A stretch of 64,000 nt of DNA. It comes from Fistulifera solaris (lineage: Eukaryota). The notes below the pieces were generated by a model. The model was given only the letters and a program-made list of their open reading frames with translations, had not been told where the DNA came from and ran no database searches. Positions 14,473 to 25,734 of the stretch are shown in pieces. Within the stretch, counting starts at the first letter, position 1. Each line of letters begins with the position of its first letter. The translations under genes and the position numbers were made by a program. The stretch covers positions 186,001-250,000 of the forward strand of contig AP026179.1 in the NCBI GenBank assembly GCA_030295235.1, in the 5' to 3' direction.

Positions 14473-15360
14473 ATGAAATTCATTCACGCTCTTCTTTTGA
14501 TTGCGAATCTGTCGCTGAGCACGGCCACTCCTTGGATTTCTTCTCACACGCTGACGACGATGAAGATCCGTGGTGGTTCTTCGTCTTCTTCCGATTATCG
14601 CCAGCAATTGCAAGCCATTCAAAGTCAGATTTTGCAGTCTTCCAGTACCAAACAACAGGAATTGCGTCAACAAATTGTCGAAGAGGGCAAGATTGTTCCA
14701 GATTTGGGCATGCGAGCCGATGCGATTTGTTTACAAGCTTTGCAAGACTTTGCCGCCCAAGCGCCCGAAGCTGTTTCGCCGAGTGATGCGGCCGCGTACG
14801 ATGAAATATTGCAAAATCTCGAACAAAGTTTGGATGGGAGTTTGCAAAACTTGTATTGGAAACAATTGAGTTCCTTGCGGGCCCAAGCGTTGGAGCAGTA
14901 TCAATCGAATGCCGACAAAGCGGAGGCGCTCTTTCAAGCCGATGCCTTTTTTGTGCAAGCCGCCGAAGCAAGTAGTCGAGCGGGATGGGAATACGCGACG
15001 GAACGGGCGTTTTTGCAACGCATTTTGCAATTGACGGCCGTGCAACAACAACAGGCCCAAGACGTCAAACTCCAAGCCGCACAACAACAACAAACGGCCA
15101 TGACGTTTCTACAATCACAACAACAGATGATTCAACAATTGCAAATGCAACTCTATGGACAATCGTCTCCGTGGAATGTTGGTATGGCGTACCGAATTCC
15201 TGATACCAATTTCAACCTACAGGGCACTTATCAACAGGGACGTGCGAATGTGCAACTCAGTTGTGTGCCCGATGAGTATGCACCCTTCTTGGGACCGAAT
15301 GGATTCACCAATGGTGTGGGACCGGGAAATTTGGGTCTGTCGTTGAATTTGAGTTTTTAA
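14473..15360 (+). CDS. Signal-peptide protein with a Sey1/RHD3-like helical region and a beta-rich C-terminus
   Basis: MKFIHALLLIANLSLSTA signal peptide; 'IVPDLGMRADAICLQALQDF...LEQSLDGSLQNLYWKQLSSLRAQALEQY'; Gln-rich coil; ends GLSLNLSF. Confidence 0.6.
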   Translation: MKFIHALLLIANLSLSTATPWISSHTLTTMKIRGGSSSSSDYRQQLQAIQSQILQSSSTKQQELRQQIVEEGKIVPDLGMRADAICLQALQDFAAQAPEAVSPSDAAAYDEILQNLEQSLDGSLQNLYWKQLSSLRAQALEQYQSNADKAEALFQADAFFVQAAEASSRAGWEYATERAFLQRILQLTAVQQQQAQDVKLQAAQQQQTAMTFLQSQQQMIQQLQMQLYGQSSPWNVGMAYRIPDTNFNLQGTYQQGRANVQLSCVPDEYAPFLGPNGFTNGVGPGNLGLSLNLSF

Positions 15361-15488
15361 AAAATTAAAAAGTAAAGCGCTCGAGGAGTCATTCGAGTAC
15401 GACAGGAATTTACCAAAAAAAAACTTAAAGAAGAAAACTGCTACGAAGAATTGTCATTTGGTAGTCTATATAGTTCTTCGTTCGTCTC

Positions 15489-16125
15489 TTACAAATACCC
15501 CATGACTTGCACTCCCACTGTTCGTTCCCGAGGACCATCCATATCCACCAACAAGATACTTTGCCACGATCCCAACGTCAGTTTGCCTTCTACCACAGGA
15601 ATACTTTCCGTTGTCCCCAACAGCATCGCTGCCAAATGCGAATGAGCGTTGATGGGTTCTTGTGCTCGCCACGCTACTAGTTGTACAGGATCATGAATAT
15701 TCCAACCATTTTCGAGACACCGTTGTTCTTCGGAGACAGACTCGGGTCGTTGATCCAAATCATTGTGTTGATAGCGGACGCCCTTTTGACGTGCTGCGAC
15801 TGACCGTTCATCGGGTGGTGCCAATTGGAGCAACCATTCTTGTAAATCACGGGCTAACCTTGATTCTTGTTCATTGATGGTAATCCCGGTTGTCGTATGA
15901 CGACTGGTGACTGTGAGCAAACCGTGTTGTAAACCCGTTTGCTCCAGTAAATCTCGAACGATGGGTGTCACATCCATGACATGAATCTCTTGTTGGGGCT
16001 GAAGATTGGACGATTCGGGCATCGGGATTGTCAGTACATGATATTCACAAATGGGTCTGGTCAGTGATTCCAGCTTGGGAGAAGACATGTGTGAAGATGA
16101 TGAAGGCGAGGATGATGTATGACGA

Positions 16126-16157
<32 letters not shown>

Positions 16158-16241
16158 GCGACTGCTAGAAAACACGGAAAAAGCCGAAGCTGTAGCAGCC
16201 GTCGTCAGCCACAGTAACAGTCTCATTATTCTGCGTTGCAT
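15489..16241 (-). CDS. yjbQ: YjbQ/UPF0047 (secondary thiamine-phosphate synthase family) protein, plastid-targeted
   Basis: HTTTGITINE, NAHSHL and LGSWQSILLVDMDGPRER motifs; signal peptide ending ASA-F followed by a Ser/Thr-rich transit peptide. Confidence 0.9.
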
Positions 16242-16369
16242 TGTGCGGCTATCTATTAGGACAAGACCTTATCAGTTGAAAAAAGAATGAGAAGAAAAAC
16301 GATTGTGGCAAACAACAAAAAATAATTACGAAACATACTGTAATACGTAGTACGCAGTATACTTCACTG

Positions 16370-16377
16370 TGACGTCA
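16370..16377. promoter_or_regulatory. CRE-like palindrome TGACGTCA (possible bZIP/aureochrome site) about 130 bp upstream of yjbQ
   Basis: Exact TGACGTCA in the intergenic region. One copy in 64 kb is expected by chance, so function is only inferred. Confidence 0.25.
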
Positions 16378-16888
16378 TAGACTCCAGTCACGTTATCAGT
16401 CACGAGCAGCAGCCTCCGAAACCATCACACGACCGCTTCTAAGGTTACTGCTTTACTCCGCCAAATGCTTCGTCGACCTTCATAATGTTGCAGGTTAGAT
16501 TCGCAATAATATCATTCGAATTGGTGGTAGTGTTGGTGATGAGGAAGAAAGAAAGAACCACATGGACCATCCGAAAGGCCTTTTTTACGACTCCCATGTA
16601 GTCAGTCCCGTGATATCCTATATCGAGTTAGAGCCATTTCTGGGTAACAAGACTAATCTTGCAATTGGGGTGTACTTTTCCATTGTCTCACATAGCATGA
16701 CGGACCGGTTCGTGATTTCAAATGGATAAATTCATGCAGGTTAAATGAATAAATTGTGTTTCCAATTGCCGTTGTTCTTTCGCAACTGATTTCCAGTCGC
16801 TGATCCATTTTTAAAAAGAGGCCTCATTTGGATTTTAGTCTCAAAAGAAAAAAAAGAAAGAAACGAATGCTCATCTGCTCATGCTCCT

Positions 16889-18280
16889 TCATACATCATT
16901 GTTTTTGCCATTATGTAAACATATCATTCGATGCGATCCCTGCGCATTCCAGGCACGGATCCAATATCCACCGTCAAAGGTCGGGTCCAATTCCAAGCGC
17001 ACCAAGGGATCCTGGAGCATGTGCGAACGAATCCATTGTCCCGTGGCCAGAGAACAAAGACGTAGTTCGGCTTTTTCCGACACTACGTGGGGACACCAAA
17101 CCGCCGTTTTGGTTGGATCCACGGCCATGCCACGGACGGCGCCCGGAGAAGCACTTCTCTCCAGCGAAAATTCGTACACGAGCTGGTATCGCCCGACGAC
17201 GGCATAGCGATGGATCCCACCGGATGCCGTTTGCACCAAAACAGCACGTGATTGTGGTACACAAAGAATGGCCACCACCGGTCCGGTAGGCTTCACAAAG
17301 GACGGCAGATGGGCGGTGACCGGAGCGCGGTGGGAAACATCCCACAAAGAAACCGTACCATTCCGGTGTCCCATGACAATGAGAATCGTGCTGTTACCGT
17401 TCGAATTTTTCCATTGATATTCTTCCAAACACAAAATATCACTGTTCATTTTTTTCGGTAAAGTTTGAAGAGAACCTTCCAAACGACCTCCCGAGTAGGA
17501 ATACACGACGACACCATTGGACAAACGCAAGACATCGTAGACTTCACCCCGCGTATGGACCCGCGCTTGATAGGTGTGTTCCTGTAAATCTATTTGATAC
17601 AGGATCGTACCCTGCTCGGAATATTCCAAATTGAATTGGTATCGCTTGTTTTCAAACATTCGCAGTGCGTAATATTGTCCGGGTGTCGACGACGAAGAAG
17701 CAGTGGATGGTTCCATAGGTTGCCACACAATGTGACCCTCTTGTAGCATCCAAGCGTTTTGTGCTAATGCGGAAGGTTGAAAGGTTCGACACCACAAGGG
17801 AGGCAATGATGATATGCTGGCAGGAAAGCACGGGAACATTTTGAGAGACGATTGCTTCCACACCCGACGACCAGCCCATTCATTGAGCCAAGCGTATCGC
17901 TGATGAGCACATACTGTCACGGGTGCCTCCAGCATCCATGGATATTGTTGTCTTTCTCTTCTTCTTCTTGTACTTGGAAATAAAGGTTCCAGGGAGTCTG
18001 CCTTACTTGGCTTGACATTTTTATCAACAGGAAAGTAGCCCTTCTTTTCTTCATCGTAAACATACTTTCCAACACGCCGTCGTTTCAACGAGAATGGTTC
18101 GTTCGGTGCTGCTTGACGTTGTCGACGCAATTGTTGTTCAATTTCCTCTTGTAATATGGATGGTTGTTTCTGGGATCGATGATGATGATTCTTCGGTGGG
18201 GCTTGCGTAGTCCTTTTGTGTTTCTTCTTCTTCTTCTTCTTCGTTCGCTTCGAACTGTTTGGCAGCGTACCCAACGGCAT
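16889..18280 (-). CDS. Divergent WD40 protein, DCAF4/WDR21-like
   Basis: 'GKYVYDEEKKGYFP' resembles the DCAF4-family N-terminal motif; WD repeat 'SDILCLE...MGHRNGTVSLWDV'; basic NLS-like N-terminus. Confidence 0.55.
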   Translation of the reverse strand: MPLGTLPNSSKRTKKKKKKKHKRTTQAPPKNHHHRSQKQPSILQEEIEQQLRRQRQAAPNEPFSLKRRRVGKYVYDEEKKGYFPVDKNVKPSKADSLEPLFPSTRRRRERQQYPWMLEAPVTVCAHQRYAWLNEWAGRRVWKQSSLKMFPCFPASISSLPPLWCRTFQPSALAQNAWMLQEGHIVWQPMEPSTASSSSTPGQYYALRMFENKRYQFNLEYSEQGTILYQIDLQEHTYQARVHTRGEVYDVLRLSNGVVVYSYSGGRLEGSLQTLPKKMNSDILCLEEYQWKNSNGNSTILIVMGHRNGTVSLWDVSHRAPVTAHLPSFVKPTGPVVAILCVPQSRAVLVQTASGGIHRYAVVGRYQLVYEFSLERSASPGAVRGMAVDPTKTAVWCPHVVSEKAELRLCSLATGQWIRSHMLQDPLVRLELDPTFDGGYWIRAWNAQGSHRMICLHNGKNNDV

Positions 18281-18713
18281 CCTGTTGCAATGTCTCAATC
18301 TATTAGTCTATTAAATGGACCGTTATAAAAGCTTCCCTTGCCTAACAAAATCAATCATCAATCAAGAGCATCAAGCATCCATCCATCCATCATCATTCGT
18401 TTTCGCTTTATTCCTGTGTTTCTGTTATTTTTTACTCCGTACTTCGACGGAAAGACGCTTCGGGACCCTCGAAAAATAATGGAGTTGTCCCCATTCTAGC
18501 AGTACCGTCTAGATACCGGTACGTCAGGGAGCCTCTCGTTCCGTATATTATAACGAGGGGACACGCCGCCAGAAAAAAACGCAGCGCAACAAAACAAAAC
18601 GCGACCGTTGAGAGCGTTGGCCCCTCTACAGCGAAAGAAATTATTCATTATTCCTATTCCTTCTCCTACCAGCCTTGTTTCCTTTCACTTTACTATTATT
18701 TATTATTATTATT

Positions 18714-18955
18714 ATGGGCTGCATGAATTCCAAAGACGGTGCTTTGGGCTATGTCGATGATAGCGTTCACGTCATGTTGAAAAAAGACAAGAAGGATGCG
18801 AAGAAACAGGGCCATCCGAATACGGGATACGTTCCGCGTGCGGAGCATCCTCTTTGCACAAAGACGAAACGAATAACGAGAATAATGAAACGAAAAACAA
18901 TAATAATAATAATGAAACATTGGCAGCGAATTCCAAGGAAGCGACATCTCCTTGA
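18714..18955 (+). CDS. Small protein with an N-terminal myristoylation/palmitoylation motif (MGCMNSK); probable frameshift near 18853
   Basis: MGCxxSK start. Shares DSVHVxLKxxKxxA...GxVxR with ORF 19728. The shifted frame gives an Asn/Glu-rich tail ending at TGA 18953-18955. Confidence 0.6.
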
Positions 18956-19727
18956 GAGAGACAAACAACGCTTACGAAACTACCAACACGCACACGCGTT
19001 TCTACAGATGCTTTGCCATCTTTGTCCAAGAAAATGTAGCGAAAGCGCAAAGGAAACCTTCTGTTGAAACTTTTCTCATGATATTGAGCAGCAACAGCTT
19101 CGACGACTCCACTCTCGGCATGGCGTTTTCGGGGCTACATGGCGACATGAACATACTCGACTAGAGAGAGGAGAAATAACTGGATTGTGTCTTTGTATCT
19201 CAACTAAAATAATTCACTGTTGGAGTCATGTAGTCTTGCTTGCTTGCTTGATTCAGCTTGATTATTTTATGTTTCTGTCTTATTCTTTATACCAGAGCTA
19301 TAACACGATAGCCTTTTCGAGTTCATGCTTAAATAAATTAGCTCATACTCTGTATAGCTTTATCCTATCCCATTCGCACGCCGAACGGACGAACGTCGCT
19401 TGCAAAGTTAGTCGTCAGTCCGTCAATACTCAATATTCAATGCTTGTGGTTGGCGACAAAATAATAATGTAGATAGGCTGGTTATTAGGACAGTGGTCTT
19501 TTCTGTACGAACCAAGATCGGACGAACGTCGTTCCTTTGACAACCATTTCTGGCGGGCAAACGGTTAAAACGCATCTGTTTTCCGTGTCAAAAATAATGC
19601 AATTCAACTACAGCAATAGTTAGTATCTTTTATTGATTAGTTGTTATTTCTTGCCATTGAAGTACATTCCCGACCGAGCACAATCCGTATTTCATTCTTT
19701 GAAATACGTCAATTGCTGCGCCTATAA

Positions 19728-19958
19728 ATGGGCCAGTCTTTATCGAGAAAACGACGATCCCTTGATCATGTCAGTGACAGTGTTCATGTGCAATTGAAAC
19801 GCGAAAAAAATATGGCCATTCAACACGGGAAACATCCTTCGTACGGTTTTGTGGAACGGAGTCCATTTCCTTCCCAACGCAGTGGCGTTATCTGTTGTTG
19901 TGAAGAAGAAAACGATGTATTTGGTCCGCCGCAGGATTTGCGTGCTTCTCAACAATAA
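19728..19958 (+). CDS. Small putative N-myristoylated protein (MGQSLSR), paralogue of 18714
   Basis: MGxxxS motif; 'VSDSVHVQLKREKNMAIQHGKHPSYGFVER' aligns with 'VDDSVHVMLKKDKKDAKKQGHPNTGYVPR'. Confidence 0.6.
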   Translation: MGQSLSRKRRSLDHVSDSVHVQLKREKNMAIQHGKHPSYGFVERSPFPSQRSGVICCCEEENDVFGPPQDLRASQQ

Positions 19959-20087
19959 CAAGAAACTCCGCGTATGGTATTAGTAGTAGTGTTAGGTGTT
20001 AGCATGAGTCTGTCATCATGATAAGACCAGAATTAAACGCATTTCACAAAAATGTGTTATATAATAGTAATAATAGTATATAATCGT

Positions 20088-22161
20088 TCACCGCGGTGAA
20101 TTGTGTTTGGGCCGCTTCATTGCTTGGAATTGATTGTAATCGAAATTTTGCTCGGGGGGACGAAACGTCTGCTGTTGTTGTTGCTGCTGTTGTTGTTGAA
20201 GACCATATTGCATCATCGCTTGTGCCATATTTGGAGCCATACCCATACCTTGCATCGGCATCATACCCTGCATCGGAATCATACCCATTCCGGGCATCAT
20301 TGTCGTATTGGGCATCATAAACGGCTGACTGGGGAGGAGCCGGTGGCTCGACCTTGGGGCGCTTGAACGCAGTGGGTTGACCCTTGCCGTGCAGACGCTC
20401 CCAGATGCGACCAAAAAAGGCCTTTTGACTACCAAATTTCATCTTGGCGCGTTCATCGTCGTGTCCCACACGAAGATTCTCCAGATTTTCGCGAATTTCC
20501 GATGGACACTTGCGACAACGCATCATGTGATTGTGCAGTACATTCAACGTTTTCGAGGTATCCGACAAGGTCTTGATACTGGAAGGGAAAAACCGTCCGG
20601 ATCCGTATCCACCAAAACAATGACGACAGGCCAGTCCGGGGAATCCAGCCGGTAAACCTTTGCGTTTCCCGAGACGATCGGCTTCGGTGAAGACACAGGG
20701 CTGCATCTGACTTATCAAGTGGTACGAAAATGCCGTGGAATACGGCTCATCATCGGGTGTCACCAAAGGAGCCGACTTGGACATGTCTTGTTCCGCTTTC
20801 GTGACTCCATCGTCCGTATCACCTTTGCGACCACCGGAGGTAGGGTGGTCCGTGACCGCGTTACTATTCGATGAAAAGAGTTCTTCCGATGTCTCCTTGT
20901 CGGTGGTGCTCGTTTGTTGATCGGTCAACCTCGGTGGCGGAGGCGGCGTCAAGGCCGAAAAGCGAATGCCGTGTTCGGCATCCACCAAACCGAAACTGAG
21001 CGCACTCTGGATCCAATACTTTTTCGAGGTGCCACTCCGCGCATCATCCGCCTTCAATGTTTCGTACCGTTTCATGATATCTTCGGGAACATTTTTGCAG
21101 GAGTTGAAATGTCGCTGCAACAAATTCATGCTCGCGTTGTAGATGGACGAAATGTTCGTGGGATAGTAAGTACTGCCACGTTCGTGCGATTTGGCCGTGT
21201 GATTGCAAAACGGACAGCGAATTCCGACTTGTCCGACTTGAATGGGTTTACGTTTGCCTTTGGAGGGCGTTGCTACATCTTCTTCGGAGGCGGAAAATAC
21301 TTCGACACAATGCATGCGAATGAAGCAATGCAGTGGTGTCAACCAATCCTTATCGGACGGCATTGCGAGCGGCATGGGTTTGGGAAGAGGAGCAAACGGT
21401 CCTTGCGAAATAGTCGGTTCGTACTGATTCTCCGACACGGTCGAGCGATTGGATCGATCAATTTGTGAATGAGCGGATCGTGCACTGGCATCCCGTAACA
21501 GTTCATCACGAGAGACACCCGCACAAGTCATTTCATGCGCCATGGACTCTTCGTGAGAAGCAAATGCCTTGGCATTGCAGAGACGACAAATATACCAATT
21601 GTTTTGACGAGGCGGAGGAGGAGGAAACAGTGATCCCGTCGGCGTGATTCCGAGTCCGAGACTACCTCCTAAACTCCGACGTCGCTGCTGTAAGAACGGT
21701 CCCTCGAAATTACTACTTTCTTGCATACTCGACAACAATTGCTGTCGTTGTATTTCTAAAACTTTTTGATACTTTTCGAGTTCACGTTGCTGTTCTTGCA
21801 ATTGCTGTTGCCGTGCCGCAATACTGAGCGCCGGATCTTCCCACAAATTCAAGGAAGCGCGGCGATCCCCAAAACTCGGCAGCGTGCTGTTGTTACCGAA
21901 TCCTTCCAACGCATCCGCACCCACCGTACTACCATTTCCCAAAAACAAGGACGATCGACGTCGCGTCAAATCTAAAATCGCTGCATCAATGGCGGCCGTC
22001 GTCGAATCTATCGAATTGCGACGATGAAAATCACCTGTATCAAGACCCAAACTATTGCGACGAGCAAACAAATCATCGCCCAATGAAGCCAAACTGCCAC
22101 TACGATCTATGCGTTGCTGTGGATAAGCGCTTTTATTGTGATGATGATTCGTGGCATCCAT
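20088..22161 (-). CDS. Protein with a C2HC-like zinc finger and two copies of a Cys/His domain (VGIRCPFC / PGLACRHC); putative nuclear regulator; frameshift near 20335
   Basis: WYICRLC..AFASHEESMAHEMTC; two homologous domains with GxxCxxC...(Y/F)P...HxxxCxxxP. The Met/Gln-rich C-terminus lies in the alternative frame (ORF 20088-20435). An upstream exon is possible. Confidence 0.75.
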
Positions 22162-23341
22162 GTTTCTGTGTTCGTTTCGTATCTTACTAATTTTGTGAAG
22201 TCCCTGCAAGTATGCAAAACCCAAAAGAGCAAATAATCAAGATCGTTTGGGCTTGGTTGTTTTGTGTGGGGCAAATCGATGAGCCTTTGGGCTTGCCTTT
22301 GGGTGTTTTTTTTTCCGTCACTCGAGCGGCACCGCTACGTAGAACTTACGTAGATTTTCTACGGCAGAAAGCGAAGGTTCCTTTCGAACAACCCCCATCT
22401 ATTGTCACTATACGCAAGGAAGTACATGGAGAACCCACGATTGGAACCTTTCGCTGAAAAGTGAAAGTACACCGACATTTCGTAAATCAAAAGAGTATCA
22501 ATGGCAAAGTAGGAGGAAACAAATGAAAAAATAATGGTAAATGGAGTACCGGTACCGGTGGAACGTTTTAGGATTATGTGACAGTACAAAGTACGAAGCA
22601 CGCTACCAACGATACGTAAAGGCGCCCCGTGCTCCGTGTGTCGCACTTCGAGTGCCCATAAAGTAAGGCATTCTCACCTTCAACGGACAGATGCCAACGA
22701 TTGGTCCTTCTAGTTTTTAACTGTCATCAAACGACCGAATTCGCGATTTTATTTCAAGAAACACAATATTACGAATTACGAAATAGAAAATATTAAATTC
22801 CTGAATGTATTTTTATTCTTTTTAGAGTACTAGTACTTCTTTAACCAAATTAGCAAACGATGAAACATTTCTATTTTTATCAATCATGAGTCCGCATGGA
22901 TCACGAGCTGCGATATTCGAAATCGCCCGTCGCTCTCACCTCAACGCGTGATCCTGCTTTCTACTATCGTCAATGGATACCGCTCCGTGTCTTCCACATT
23001 CCCTGATGAAGAGGTCCTTCGAAGAACACCGGAGGTGGCGCCCAAATTATTTTCTTCTCCGTACCAGGTACCACTTCTACGTGCCCATACGTTGGTTCAA
23101 ATCCTGGCCCGCGCCGGGACGTCTTTCGCATTCCTCTGTAGACTTGTACCACGAGCCCGAATTGTTATGCCAGGCTCGCGTGTAGGCGGCAAGTTTTGGC
23201 ATGCTCTCCCCATGGATCGATCGATATTATTTGATCGATCGATCGATTTGATCACCCACTTTTTTTGTCACTTTTTTCACAACCTTCATTTTCTTCTCAT
23301 ACTACTACTACTACTACTACTACTCTTCTTTCAGCTTTACC

Positions 23342-23695
23342 ATGCCATCTTTTGACGTTATAGCAAGCCCTTCCAAGTCGGGACCTCTTCTCAGTTCTGT
23401 AGAGGACGCTCAAATGAAACTGGCGCAGTTGTCGCTCCAACCAACGGCTACCATTGTCTCGGCATCATCGACCGACGACGACGACGACGACGTTAGTGTC
23501 GAATCAACTTCGTCCCATTTCTCACAACGCATCGGAAAAACCGAACATAAATTGGCTGAAGAACGCGGGGAACTCGCCGATGAGCCATTGTTGAAAGAGA
23601 ATCCGCATCGATTCGTTCTATTTCCCATTCAAGATGATGAGGTACGTCGGACAAAGATCGTATAATTAATAACTTATAGAAGCAAGCAACGTACT

Positions 23696-23726
<31 letters not shown>

Positions 23727-24633
23727 ATTGCAGATCTGGCAAATGTACAAAAAAGCCGAAGCTTCTTTCTGGACGGCCGAAGAAATTGATTTGGCCAGTG
23801 ATTTGCAAGATTGGAAGAATTTGTCCAGCAACGAACGACACTTTGTGTCACACGTTTTGGCGTTCTTTGCCGCCTCGGACGGTATTGTGAATGAAAATTT
23901 GGCGCAAAACTTTTGTACCGAAATTCAATCACCAGAAGCCCGCTGTTTTTATGGATTCCAAATTGCCGTCGAAAACATTCATAGTGAGACGTACTCGTTA
24001 CTCATTGATACCTACATTCGTGACCCCAAGGAAAAAGATCATTTGTTGCGGGCCATTGATACGGTCCCGTGTGTACAAAAGAAGGCCAACTGGGCCTTGC
24101 AATGGTGTGACGCCAACCATGCTTCCTTTGCCGAACGTTGCGTCGCATTTGCGGCCGTCGAAGGCATTTTCTTTTCCGGCTCGTTCTGTGCCATTTTCTG
24201 GCTCAAGAAACGGGGTCTTATGCCCGGTCTCTGCTTTTCCAATGAATTGATCAGTCGCGACGAAGGTCTGCATTGTGATTTTGCCTGTTTGTTGTACACC
24301 AAGCTCATCAACAAGTTGTCGACGGAACGAGTGACCGAAATCATCACCAACGCGGTCGATATTGAAAAGATTTTTGTTGTTGAATCCTTACCGGTCGAAT
24401 TGATCGGTATGAACAGTACTCTTATGTGTCAGTACATTGAATTTTGTGCCGATCGATTGTTGGTCGCCTTGGGTTGTCCCCGTCATTACAATGTCCCGAA
24501 TCCGTTCGAATGGATGGTTTCGATTTCTCTTACAGGGAAAGCCAACTTTTTTGAAAAGCGGGTGAGTGATTATGCCAAATCGGGTGTCGGTGTTACAGAC
24601 AATCATTGTTTTGATCTCGATGCGGACTTTTAA
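23342..24633 (+). CDS. RNR2: Ribonucleoside-diphosphate reductase small subunit (class Ia R2); intron 23642-23733
   Basis: [83 protein letters not shown]-terminal FDLDADF; phase-0 GT-AG intron. Confidence 0.97.
23701..23726. repeat. (TC)13 microsatellite forming the polypyrimidine tract of the RNR2 intron
   Basis: Read directly from the sequence. Confidence 0.9.
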
Positions 24634-25074
24634 AAAGGCATTCACACAATAATTAGAATCTGTTTATAGCATACTTTCGTTTTTTTTAAATTGTTTTTTC
24701 ACACGGATATTCTGTTTGTAGTTGTCTCTAGAGACTTGTGTTGACCATGTGGAGAGCGACTTCGACGCAAATTACTTGAATCTCTTTGCCTCTCTATCCA
24801 GCGAAACCGGAGTAGCTAACAAGAGACTCCTCCCTAGACGAGACTTGCGGCCATTGACGATCCGATGGTACTCTTTGTTCGAGTATCACGTCGCAGTGGT
24901 TTCGATGGATGGAAGAAAAAAAGAAAAAAGACGCGAGACGAAAAAAAAAAAAAGAGACGACGAATAAAAAAAGAGCGCCGTCGTTGTCATTCGTTATCAA
25001 TGTCTTGCATTATTTCACAAAACTCTCTCTTCCTACAGAATTAGTTATCATTTCTGGTATTTGAATAGGCTATC

Positions 25075-25734
25075 ATGTTGTCTTCTTTGCGTATGATTCG
25101 AATGCGACACCCACGAGTCGTCGTTACGCATCGTTCGCGATCGACCCTGTCGACTCGCCCGAATCCTACATCTTGGTTGCTGTGGTATTCGCACAAACTC
25201 GATACACATCCGATTACCACCAAGTCGATAACGAGTGCTATTATTGCCGGAATCGGAGATGGAGCGTGTCAATATGGACAACCGGATCAAAGCAGGTGGG
25301 ATGTGAATCGGACAGGTCGGTTCTTTGTCTTGGGCGGTGTCTTGGTGGGTCCCTTGATTCATCTGTGGTACGGTGTACTGGCGACTTATCTTCCCGGAAC
25401 GGCCGTAATGACTGTCATCAAGCGAGTTCTCCTCGATCAATTTGTTTTCACTCCCTTTTGTCTCCCCGCGTGGCTCGTGTCCTTATGGACCTTGGAACGG
25501 ACGGAATGGATCGGTCGTCCCGATGCCGACGCACGTCCAATGACCGAAAAATTGTACGACGAAGCTCCTGCATTGATTCAAGCCAATTGGTGTTTTTGGA
25601 TTCCCGTCATGACGGTCAACTTTGGATTCACGCCGGTGAAATATCAAGTCTTGTTTAGTAATGTCGCCTCCTTGTTGTGGAATGCTTACATGTCCTTTGC
25701 GACGAGTCGTCGGACGGTGACAGAGAAATTGTAA
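25075..25734 (+). CDS. Mpv17/PMP22 family membrane protein
   Basis: WYSHKLDTHPITTKSITSAIIAGIGD...Q, RTGRF, KRVLLDQFVFTP, ANWCFWIP, NFGFTPVKYQVLFSN...WNAYMS; Arg/Ser-rich presequence. Confidence 0.93.
   Translation: MLSSLRMIRMRHPRVVVTHRSRSTLSTRPNPTSWLLWYSHKLDTHPITTKSITSAIIAGIGDGACQYGQPDQSRWDVNRTGRFFVLGGVLVGPLIHLWYGVLATYLPGTAVMTVIKRVLLDQFVFTPFCLPAWLVSLWTLERTEWIGRPDADARPMTEKLYDEAPALIQANWCFWIPVMTVNFGFTPVKYQVLFSNVASLLWNAYMSFATSRRTVTEKL

Noticed and set aside
23002..23030. Hammerhead-like core CTGATGA...GAA
   Set aside because: It lacks the GAAA element and convincing stems I and III.
23090..23116. tRNA T-loop-like GGTTCAAATCC
   Set aside because: The T-stem pairs poorly and no D-arm, anticodon arm or acceptor stem could be built.
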